Notes under the pieces: model-generated
The model's database searches: none
The model's input: the letters and a program-made list of their open reading frames with translations, nothing else
What the model was told of the DNA's origin: nothing
Part shown: positions 39,126 to 51,100 of the stretch, piece by piece
Numbering within the stretch: the stretch's first letter is position 1
How the letters are laid out: each line of letters begins with the position of its first letter
NCBI RefSeq assembly: GCF_001194135.2
Contig: NC_068991.1
Coordinates: 47,566,833-47,630,832, forward strand
Origin: Octopus bimaculoides
Taxonomy: Eukaryota
Length of the DNA: 64,000 nt
Reading direction: 5' to 3'
Position numbers and translations under genes: made by a program

Positions 39126-42075
39126 GGATTGTATTTAAAGCATGTGTAAATTTTTTTTATATTTAATATTTCATTTTAAATGAAAAATAAATTCAAGTAT
39201 GAACAAAAATTACTTCCATATGAAAATAAATCAAGAGAAAAAGTGGAATTTGAGAATACAAGGAACCAGTAAGTCTCCAGATGAAGTAGAGCCAGTGATC
39301 AAATAAACCAAGGACAATAATCATGTTTTTTCAAATTCTCCATGTTACATAAATATGAATATCTCAAATCAAAAGAAAACAACACTGATTCCTTTGGTAT
39401 AAACACCAGATTTTGATCAAATGAAATAGTTTATTAGCAAAGAGCACCAACTCTTCAAAAATACAATTATATTAAATAACCCTTTAGCATTCAGATTCGT
39501 GATGGCACCTGCGCCCAGCGTCGCCTCTCTGGTACTTGTGCCCGCAGCATGTGTAAGGACTTTCGAGTGAGATCGTTGCCAGTGTCCCTGGACTGGCTCT
39601 TGTGTGGGTGGCACATAAAATACACCATTTTGAGCATGGCCGTTGCCAGTACCGCCTGACTGGCCTTCGTGCAGGTGGCACGTAAAAGCACCCAGTACAC
39701 TCTTGGAGTGGTTGACGTTAGGAAGGGCATCCAGCTGTAGAAGCTCTGCCAAATCAGATTGAAGCCTGGTGTAGCCATCTGGTTTCACCAGTCCTCAGTC
39801 AAATTGTCCAACCCATGCTAGCATGGAAAGCGGACGTTAAACGATGATGATGATGATGATGATGATTTCTGTCAAGTGTAATGCTTATTTATTCAAATTG
39901 ATATGAATTAGTCATGCCTTATTTTGTAGCTTTGAGATTTCAATGATGTGATTGCTAATTTTTAGAATAATATTGTAGGGGTGAGAAGCTGTATCTGGCC
40001 AGTTTGAAATATGAAGTAGATAGATTATTTTGGTTGGATATGGCTGGTTTAAATGTTAAAGGGTTAAGGAATAAAGTCAATAAATAGTTTTTATAGAAAA
40101 AAATCAAATGACATTTTACTCACACAGGGGGACTTTTATCATTCTTGAGTTCGGGATGTGAAGTAACAGCTGTAAAATAAAATTGTCAAGAACGCACATG
40201 AGGATATTTAAACAGGTGAGCATATTTAAACAGTCAAATATCCACATCTGGATAATCCTAATGATTTCTTATTTTGGTACATCTTCTCTATTATAAAGTG
40301 ATTAGACATATAACTCATCTCCAACAAAAAATCTCTTCTATTCTGGTTCCTTCTTTCACACTTTAACCTCTCATCCCCAAGCATAAAGCTACCTTCTTCT
40401 ACTGTAGCCCCACTCAGTCAGAGCTATGAGGCAACCTCACAGGTGCTGGTGCTATAATAAAAGTACTCAGTATATTCTGTAAAGAGACTGGTCTTAAGAA
40501 GGGCATCTAACCCTAGAAACTAAAGTCATTAGAACATCCAACAAGATGCCTTGTAGCATCTGTTCAGGTACTTTGCATTCTAAGTTCAAATGCCACCTTC
40601 CATCAATGACCTCCTTGTGTCGTGAAATTGGCTCTTTCAGGATCTGGATAATGATGATAGGTCCCTAACATTAGGTGAGCAATGTGTCAATTAGAACATC
40701 TCAGATACATCAAAGCCACAAATGCACTCTCCACAAAAGGGAATAAATGCTTAGAAAAAAGAAATAGGGTACAAATTAGGGAATTAAGATAGAAAAAGTA
40801 GTTACCTAACTTTGACATTCTTTGACAGAATTTGATAAAAAAAAACCAAAAAAAACATGACTATAATTAATTGAATATTTAATTAAGAAAGAAATCTCTT
40901 ACATTCAAGACTTTTGGCTCTTTTCATCTGTAAAGATAAAAAATACATTTTCACTTGTAACAAACAAAAGAAAAGAATCGCGTGACATGATCATAGTGAC
41001 TTCAAATTTTGGCACAAAGCCAGCAATTTTGGTACGGCATAAATCAATTACATCAACCCCAGTGTTCAATTGGTACTTATTTTATCAACCTCGAAAGGAT
41101 GAAAGGCAAAGTTGACCTTGGCAACATTCGAACACAGAATGTAAAGTCGGAAGAAATACTGCTAAGCATTTTTCACAGTGTGGAAACAATTGTGCCTGCT
41201 TGCCACCTTGTAATATGATACTATCACAGTGTAATGTTATCTAATATATATATTTCATTTATAAGGCACAACAATGTAATGCCCATGCCTTTTCCAAGAG
41301 TATTAGTAGCTGTATTGTGGAGGCGCAATGGCCCAGTGGTTAGGACAGCGGACTCAAGGTCATAAGATCGCAGTTTCGATTCCCAGACCGGGCGTTGTGA
41401 GTGTTTATTGAGCAAAAACACCTAAATCTCCATGAGGCTCTGGCAGGGGATGGTGGCGAACCCTGCTGTACTCTTCCACCACAACTTTCTCTCACTCTTT
41501 CTTCCTGTTTCTGTTGTACCTGTATTTCACAAGGCCAGCCTTGTCACACTGTGTCACGCTGAATATCCCCGAAAACTACGTTAAGGGTACACGTGTCTGT
41601 GGAATGCTCAGCCACTTGCACATTAATTTCACAAGCAGGCTGTTCTGTTGATTCGATCAACTGGAACCCTCGACGTCGTAAGTGACGGAGTGCCAACAAC
41701 AACAGTAGCTGTATCAAAGTAAAAGTGTTTCAATTAGGAATTGAAACTGTTTCATGGGCTCATTGCTCAAGATTATCCTTCTTCTACATGTAGCACTGTC
41801 TAATACATTTAGAGTATATATTAAATATCTTAATTATGATTTGATACTTCATAATATATCATGTAATATTAAAACTATAGTAGTATTACATTACGACAGG
41901 CATGGTTGGGTGGTTAAGAAGTTTGCTTCCCAGCCATGTGGTTTTGGGTTCAGTCCCAATGCATGGTACCTTGAGAAAATGTTTTCTGCTTATAACCTCA
42001 GGCCAACTGAAGCCATGTGAGTAGGTTTGTAGATGGAAACAGAAAGAAGCCTATTGTGTGTGTGTATATACATAC

Positions 42076-42112
<37 letters not shown>

Positions 42113-45100
42113 GATAGATAGATCAGATTGGAGCCTGGTGCAGCCATCTGGTTCGCCAGTCCTCAGTCAAATCGTCCAACATATGCTAACATGGAAAGTG
42201 GACGTTAAACGATGATGATGATATATATATCAATCTATCTGTGTATCATAATTAATGTGTAGATACATCACAAAAAGCCAAATTAACAGCAGCATTTGTC
42301 CTGAGACAACACCTCTTATAAATATACACTGTTAAATAACACTAAAATAAATCAGTAGCAAGTGAAAATTATCCGGCTACAGTGGTGGTATTGGTAGATG
42401 CACATTTCTGTCACTTGTAGCTTCATCAGTAGCAAGTGCTCACTGGCAACTGCATGCAGACAAAATCCATCATCATCAATATAGGAAGACAGTAGCTGAA
42501 AAATCACTGATGTTGCATTTAGCCAAGCAGCTGAATAAAAATTTGTTATGTGCATCAGAAGCAGTATTAGTTTCAAATATCGAACTGCATGTCATACTTA
42601 ATGCAGATACAGAATGCCAAATTAACTGCAATATTTAGCCAGAGATAATATTTTATTCATGTTATCTGGTACAAGGAGGAGGAAAGGAGGAAGTTTTTCC
42701 AGAGTAAAATTGAAAAGCAGCTAGATTAAGCAACCAACCTTATGTTTTGGCTCAGTTTTGTCACTGTCTTCAGTTCTTTTTGATGATGTTGGTCCATTGG
42801 TTTCTAATTTTGTTGACAAACTTTCTGTAGTCTTAACAGGTTGTGAGGATGTCTTTTTCTTTATGTATTTTTCTTTATTCTTAACAGGTTGTGAGGATGT
42901 CTTTTTGCTGGGGCATACATCTTCAGTTGACACTGATTTTGCCAATGCACCTATCCTTTCAGTTCTCTTAGAATTCACTGACCTGCTTCTACGTGGATGC
43001 TTTATTTTTTTCACACAGGAATATTCATTTTCTACTGTAGATGTATTAGAGCAGACATCTTTCTCAGGTAGTGGGCTGCAAAAGTTCCTCTGATACTCTG
43101 ACTGTTTTACTGCATAATCATTTTGAGAAGGGGCTTGAGTAAAATGGCTGCCTGAGTGAAAAAGGTTCTGAATGAAAAAAGAATTGGATTAAACAAGTAA
43201 TATGATTATAAACTACGACTGCTACTGATCTGAAAGATTTTAATTCTCCATGTGAAAGGTGAGCAGGTTGATGCCGCCGTCGTCGTCGTTTAACATCCGC
43301 TTTCCATGCTAGCATGGGTTGGATGATTTGACTGAGGACTGGTGAAACCAGATGGCTACACCAGGCTCCATTCTGATTTGGCAGAGTTTCTACAGCTGGA
43401 TGCCCTTCCTAACGCCAACCACTCAGAGAGTGTAGTGGGTGCTTTTTACGTGCCACCGGCACAAAGGCCAGTTAGGCGGTACTGGCAATGGCCATGCTCA
43501 AAATGGTGTATTTTATGTGCCACCCGCACAAGAGCTAGTCCAGGGGCAATACAATAAAATGATAACAACCTTATTGTATACAGCACTTAGGTGCACTACA
43601 ACATTTTACCAGGTAATGTGGGTAGAGCATAACACCTGCTGCTAGTTGTTAAAAATTATACCTCCAAAATCTTGATTGTGATTCTACCCAGAAGCTTGCA
43701 TATCAATGACTGGGTTCCACTGATGTCAAAGACCCAACTGTAATATGCTATGTGTTTCAAGCCCTATTCATATCAAGAAAACACCACTGTATCACAACTC
43801 CTGTAAACATGTGCAGCATTCAGCTAGAACCCTCATAGTCACTTTAAATGTCACTAAGGATTTCTCTGGGTAAAAACACATAATTACCATAGCTAAGAAC
43901 ACATTCCACAAACTGGTCCTTCTCTTTAGGGGCAAAAATATTTCAGTCCCCAACATCCTATAAAATTCAAGTGAGGCCTGAAATGGAGTTCTGACCGCTA
44001 GATGGTGCTGCTACTACACACACACACAGATATCTTGGATAGTGTCCAGACAAGGTCCACTTAACAGATTGGAATTCAATCACTAATGGGCATGTTGTCT
44101 CCTCTTTCTGTCTTTTCTATTGCTACTATATTGCTTCTGCTTCTTGGAACTGGTTGGTCTCATTCCTTCACCACTCAGGCACCCCCTGACCCCTTCATCT
44201 CTCTTGTTGCATCTAATTTTTCTGGCCCAGTACCAACCCCTAAGTCCAATTCTTACTCCCTAATATTGTCAATCCTTTGGAATCACCTCCCCATTCATGT
44301 CTTTCCTGCAGGTTTTGACCTGTAACAATTTAAACAGAGCAAAATTAATGGCACAATGGTTATGAGCACTGTCGCTTTCTCCAGACTCAGCCAGGAAAAG
44401 GAAAAAAAAAAATTTATAAGTCAAGAATTTGAAGGAATTTATAAAAATAACTGACTTTGGCATTAGTCTGGTATTGGATTAGGATTTAAACAAAATGACA
44501 CTCCCTTAAAATTATGATGCTAATGATGCTTGTCCATGCTTACATGGGTCAGATGGGATTTGTTGAGGCAGGTTTTCCTTTTATCAGATGCCTCTCCTGT
44601 CACCAACCCTTACATGTTTCCAAGGAAGGTATTATTTCTCCATGGCTGGACATTTTCACAAGTGACTGCAAATGAAGGCTATCATTTATATCATAGTGGC
44701 ACATTTTTTACACATATTAATTTGCTTCCCAACCCATGTGGCATTGGGTTCTGTCCAACTGCAAGGCATCCTAGGTAAGTGACTTCTGCTATCGCCTCAG
44801 GTTGACCAAAGCCTTATGAGCGGATTTGGTAAATGGAAACTGAAAGAAGTCTTTCCTAGATGTGTGCATGTGTGACATATATGTGTGTACATGTGTTTGT
44901 GCTTCCTCATTTTGACATCACATCAGAGTCGTAAGCAAGAGTCTATGTCATACAAGTGGTGTCATTTATTTCCACTCTTCCATATAAACATATCCAGCCA
45001 GGGAAAAATACTACCTGGCTTGGAAACAAGCGAGGGTTGCCAACAGGAAAAATCTGCCTCTGACCCATGCAAGCATGTAAAAGTGGATGTTAAAACAATA

Positions 45101-48100
45101 ATGATAATAATGATGATGATAATGTTGTTGATGATGATGATGATGATTTATTTAAAAGCTATAAAACAATGAAATAGTTGAACAAGTTGAAACAAGGGAA
45201 AAGTTACCTTAGGTTTTTGTACCAAAGAATCTGTTTTTAAAGGTTTCTTCACTGTGAAGTTTTTCTGATATTCTGTAAACCTCATTGCAGAACTTCTAGG
45301 CGGACCTAAGCCAGATCTATAGAGCAATCCGAGTAATTTCTGGTGGGGGGAAAAACAAAACAAAACAAAACTAAACTAAGGAATAGAAAAAACATGAATG
45401 TGAAAAGAACATTTAGTTTCTCAATTGGTTAATTCTGGTCCCTGTCATTAAAAAATGTAATTACATAAGAATTTCCCCTTCTCTCTCCTTTCTTCCTTCT
45501 TTTTTCAACTCCTCTTGCACTCCTTTTATAGTGTTGAAAATTAAATTTAATATAATGTTACATTTAATAAACCTAGATTTCTGACCAAGTCGTACTGATG
45601 AGATCCAGCTAGATTGAAATAGCAGCTATATATATTAAATACTTATAATTAAATGAAAGAAAATTTAATACTTTATAAAGAAATTTAATACTATACACCT
45701 TTCACTTTGCTAAACAAAAAGAACATGAATTCTTAGCAAGAAGATTATCTCTTTTACTCAAGAGTACACCCAATAAACAGTTCAAAACACCAGCTGTCCC
45801 AGAATTCCTTGTACTAATGAATTGAATACATTATAAACACATATCTGCCATAAAGGACAAGCTGTTCTCCTGTGATGAATACAACAATGATTAGTATATT
45901 CGCATTGAAATCTATCAGAAATATTAAGAATAAATATGTAAGTTATCACTTTGAATCTCTTTGTTCACTGTGCACATGACAATTTATTATAAGTTAGCAG
46001 ATATCAGCATGGATCAGCAAACAGTTAGCTGAAATTATAAATAAGACCATCAGCTCTTGTTAGATTCATAGGTCTGAAGGTGCTTCTGGCTGACAAGCTA
46101 TAAAGATGTCAAAACACTGGCTGTCCTAAGAATCTTATGTGCTAATGAACTGAGTGTGTTATGAACACATATTTGTCATAAAAAAGGTGTTCTTCTGTGA
46201 CAAACACAACAGTGGTTAGCTTATTCACATTTGAATCTACTGGAACATATCAAGACTAAATAAATATGCAAGGCATTGTGTACGTGTGTATATAATTATT
46301 ACTTAATAAACACAATATATGTTTCTTTGTGCTACTATTAGTTTCATGTGAGGAAAATATACCAACAATATTTTTAACATGTCTGGTGCCTTAGCACAAT
46401 CTTCAGGCACTGCCCACATGGCATAACAAGCTAAAAATAGGACAATAGGATAAGAGAAAAAGCGAGAAAAGGTGAGCAAAAATCGCTATGCTAATCACAT
46501 ACCTTCATTTCAACACAAGGACAAAAGTAAAGCTACTAAGTTGGCTAGCCATGTATGGGGTTTGAAGGCGAACACCATACTACATATGATAAACTGGAAA
46601 ATACAGTTCTATATTTGAGAGATGAGGAATTATGTACATTCTTTACATTTGATGGATATTTCTCCTGATCTTGTTTGTTGTTAACACAACGTTTCAACTG
46701 ATGTACTCTCCAGCCTTTATCGGGTGTCCTGGGGGTAATTTTGAACCTGGGTTCTCATTCCTAAGGTATTTTTCTGATGTTATTACTATTATTATTATTC
46801 CCACAGTCATATGGCATAGTGGTTAAGAGCATGGGCTACTAACCCCAAGATTCCGAGTTCGATTCCAGGCAGTGACCATAATGATAAGAATAATAACATC
46901 AGAAAAATACCTTAGGAATGAGAACCCAGGTTCAAAATTCCCCCAAGACACCTGATGAAGGAGAGTACATCAGCCAAAACGTTGTGTTAACAACAAACAA
47001 GATCAGGACAAATATCTGTCAAATGTAAATAACGTAAATAATGGAAACTAGAAAATCGCTGAAAAATCCACACCATAGGTCAACAGATCAAAATAATGTA
47101 AACTATGCGTAACTGAAAGAACACAGATCCTTTCCAGATCAAAGAACTCTACCACACTGCTGAATTCTAGATCTGAAATTTTCAGCAGTTGTAAACTGGG
47201 AGTAAGAAATATGATAGAGGAGAGATTAAAAATAAGGTTACTAACCTCCTGATTGTCTGAATGTTTTGTTGGTGAGGAATTTTCTGATATCACAGATTTC
47301 TTGACTGGCGATTTCACTGAGTTTACTATTTGTTCAACCTTAAATACATAAATATTAAATGAGTAACCCTTTTTGTTACCATATTTCTTTTAACATACAC
47401 TGTTGTTGTTTCAATTAATTTGGAATTTAGTAATATAACTTTGTCGTTACTAAGCTGGTGTTTGGAACATAAATTAATGTGAAATCATGATTGAAGGTTT
47501 TAATTTAGATCAGTTTAAAACAAGAAGTTTGTATTAAACCAGGGTGGTCTTGGGTACGTCTGTATCAAAAGAGCTAATCATGAATTTAAACATGGTAGGC
47601 TTACAGAAAAAATACTAAGTTTTAATCTTATGAATTTTAAGTTCTTAAGAAAACAACATTCTGAAAAATGTACACATATGCACACACTCACACACACACA
47701 CAAAATGTTTTACTGTTCTAATCTTTACTGAATCAGAATCATTGTTATTTTGTGCTCCTCCATGCAGGCACTTATCCAAGAGTTTGTCCTCAGATAAGGC
47801 TACAAACACAGGCTTCATTTTATCCAGCACAAATTTTGGCAGGGAGTTTTTGTTTGGATTACATTTGTCATCCACCTTTTTTTGATGGACACCAGTCACC
47901 ATAGTCACTATGGTCCATGGACCTGTGCTTGAAAATTCCCCACATGGCTCTCTTCATGGAAGCTTTGTCATTAGGGTGGTTCCTGATGGCAGTTCCATAA
48001 TGACCCCGTATGGATAAGATGGCTTTCTGTGTGAGCCTACCCACACCTCCAATACCAGTATACTTTTTGCCATCATCACTGGTGAATGGTTTTCCTCTAT

Positions 48101-51100
48101 TTGTCTGTACCAGGTCCATCAGTCTGAGCCCCATCCTCTTCTGCACATGACCACAGCATTCATATTTTTCAATTTTGATCAGCATTGGCTACAGCAGAGA
48201 ATACTTTGGAATCTCCATCCCCTAGGTATCCAACATACCTTGCAGACCGAAATGCTTCTGACCGTTCAAAGATATACTGCATTCCCACTGTTTCCATATT
48301 CCCAGCAGCTCCAGTGTAGTTTTTAGAACAAACAAGTTCATGTTCAGTTTTCCATTTCTCTAGCTCTTTACTTTTCTTTGCACCAGCAATATTACAGGCA
48401 CTGTGCAGTAATTCATCATTACTTCTACATCGATGACTTTAGAGACTCCAGCTGGTCCTTGCACAGTCAATGTTGTTGCTATTTCATTCTTGCTGGAGAA
48501 ACCCCGCTTTTGCCATGAGCCATCACAGGATACAAGGAGATCATCAGAATTTGCTATATCTTTTGCTTCCTGAGTAATATCCTTTGCGTGTTGTAGCTTA
48601 TTGTAGCATGGCCATATCTGCTTCCTGAGCAGCAGTGTGACTCTGCTCAGCAATTATTTTAGTCTCTGTCAGCAAGATGTTGGGATGAGCAATCTAAGAC
48701 GGCTCTGCTGATGCTGGAGGTGAGTCCATATTTGCACAAAATCTCCCACCCTGTTTGAAATATTTTCCCATAGCAGACATTGCCATAATGAATTGACAGT
48801 TGACTAAGTAGTGTCGACTTGCATCACCCAGCTTAGATGTCTGAAAAACGTGAGCAAAGTTACAGTCAAGTTCACATCAGATGGTGAAATTCAACGCAAG
48901 ACCATGCTTCATTTCACTCTCAACCGACACTGTATATCTTATACATTTCAGGCAGGAGAAGACACTAATCAAGGATGATAAAAGCTTCAGATCTATTGAC
49001 CTATATCCATCCAAGCAATATTCTTCCTCGAGTTTTCATATCTTGGTTGATGAGCCGAGTTCTGCAGCAGATAAACTTGGAGAAGAAAAGTCATCAAATT
49101 ACCTCTTTTTGGCATTTTTTGAATGTTTATTCCTATAGAATTTATGCCTCTTGTTCTTGTCTGTGTGGTTGATCCTTTTATTACTCATAATGAAAGGTTT
49201 TGAGCACTTTTCCATGTGTATTTTGTGACAGAAATGAAGAAAATGGAAGAAAACAATTTTCAAGTGTCTTCACTGAGAATTGATGTTGGATGTAAGGTGT
49301 GCTCTAATTAGTCAAGAGGCCTGCTACATCACAAAATGAGCGACATTTGCCCAAGGTGCCACACAGTGGGACTGAACCTGGAACCATGTGGTTGGGAAGC
49401 AAGCCATGCCTGCACCTATATACAAACATGAGAAGGAAACAATAAAGAAATTATGTTTCTACAAATTTACAAATTAATAAATAAATAAAGTTTATTAACC
49501 TCTTCATTGTCTGAAAGGTTTTTTGGTGAGGAAGTTTCAAACATTACAGATTTCTTGACTGGTGATTTTTCTGGACACATTATCTCGTCACCCTTAAATA
49601 TATGAACATCAAATGATTGATTGTGAGTTTAAACATGATGGATTCACAGATTCACAGAAAAATTACTAACTTTACTGAGTGTACTAGATGTATCTGATCA
49701 CAGTACCAGCACTAGATAGATTGTCACAACCTCAAGCAAACTATATTTGCCAAGTATGATACAATATGTACAAGATGTATTTTATTATGGCACTGTCACA
49801 AATGAGGTTACTGTGTATCCTGCAATACTAAAGAGTCCATGCTACTTTATGTTGTCTCTGTTCATTTAAGGCTAGTTGAGAGAAGTGGCGTCTCAATGTC
49901 TTCTACCTTCATAATTTGAGACACATCTTGGATATCAAATGGACTGACCACATCACCAACACTAGTCCTCAACTACACCAAGACACCCAATTTATTCACC
50001 CTGCTCCAGCAGTGCCATCTGTGCTGGCTTGGTCATGTAGATCGCATGCCAGATGGGAGGATTCCAAAAGACCTCTTGTATGGGGAATTGGCCACTGGCA
50101 CACGAGCATGAGGATGACCTCATCTTCACTTCAAGGACATTTGCAAGAGAGATGTGAAATCAATAGATCTGGACGTCCTGAGATAGGAGGGGGTCGTAAA
50201 TGATCATCCATGCTGGAGACAAATACTATGAAAGAAGATGAATTGCGGGGAAGAGAAAGAGGAACTTGCCACCAAAGAAAAGCGCAGTTGACAAAAAGAA
50301 AAAACCAGTAGTGCCGGCAGAGAGCTGCTTCAAATGCAGATGCTGTATACACGATTGCCAACCCTGTGTGGGTCTCTACAGCCACAGGAGACTCTGCACC
50401 ACCATCAGCAGCTGACACAATTTCTTTGAGCACAGATCCATGGTCTCTTGAGACTCACAGATGCCTACTCTTTCAAGGTAATACGACTAAGAGGGTGAAT
50501 AGGAGACAACACAATGACAGAAGATGAACTAGAGAAAGAAGAGAGCATGAGGTGCAAAAATAGGGTAAAGGTGGTGAACGAGGTTACCTTGCTCCCAACA
50601 AGGCTAAGAATCCTTACTACCTTACAGCATTTTCATTTGTCCAAGGTAACAGTGTTATTAGGAAACAGAGTGAATGACAAAAGAATTAGAATGAGAGAGG
50701 AAAGAGAGCAAAAATAGGAAGGGGGAAATTAGAGTAGGGAGAGGTAATGAAAGACAGACAGTGGTGGCAGTAACATGCATATTAGTATAAAACAGAGATC
50801 AAGTGAGGGATAATAGTAAGGAAGGGTAACAGTTAGAGATAGAGTTATATTTCTAACAATAATAAAAATATTTAAATACATTCATTATTCAGAATATTGA
50901 AGTTACAATTGTAAATCATTATGATTGTTTCAATGTTCATTTTTTAAAGCCCAGAATTCATAGAGGCAAATATTTTTTCTACAGCCCTATGCTCTTCTTG
51001 TCACTAACCCTCAACTGTTACCAAGCAAAGTAATGCTTTCCCATGGTTAGACATGTTTCTCAAGCAAGACTGGAAACAAAGAAGCCTACTGTGTGTATGC

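Noticed and set aside
25601-43645. Recurrent ORFs MKPDG...EFLQLDALPNANHS (25601, 27729, 37367, 39417, 43342)
   Set aside because: Translations of the interspersed (GAT)n-tailed repeat, not a gene family; lengths and frames vary.
45872-45960. GTGATGA C-box-like motif in the direct duplication
   Set aside because: No D box at a suitable distance, motif not kept in the second copy, and antisense to the host gene.
46805-46877. Functional tRNA-Ser(ACT) gene
   Set aside because: Mismatched acceptor, anticodon and T stems, no long variable arm, atypical anticodon; embedded in a repeat.
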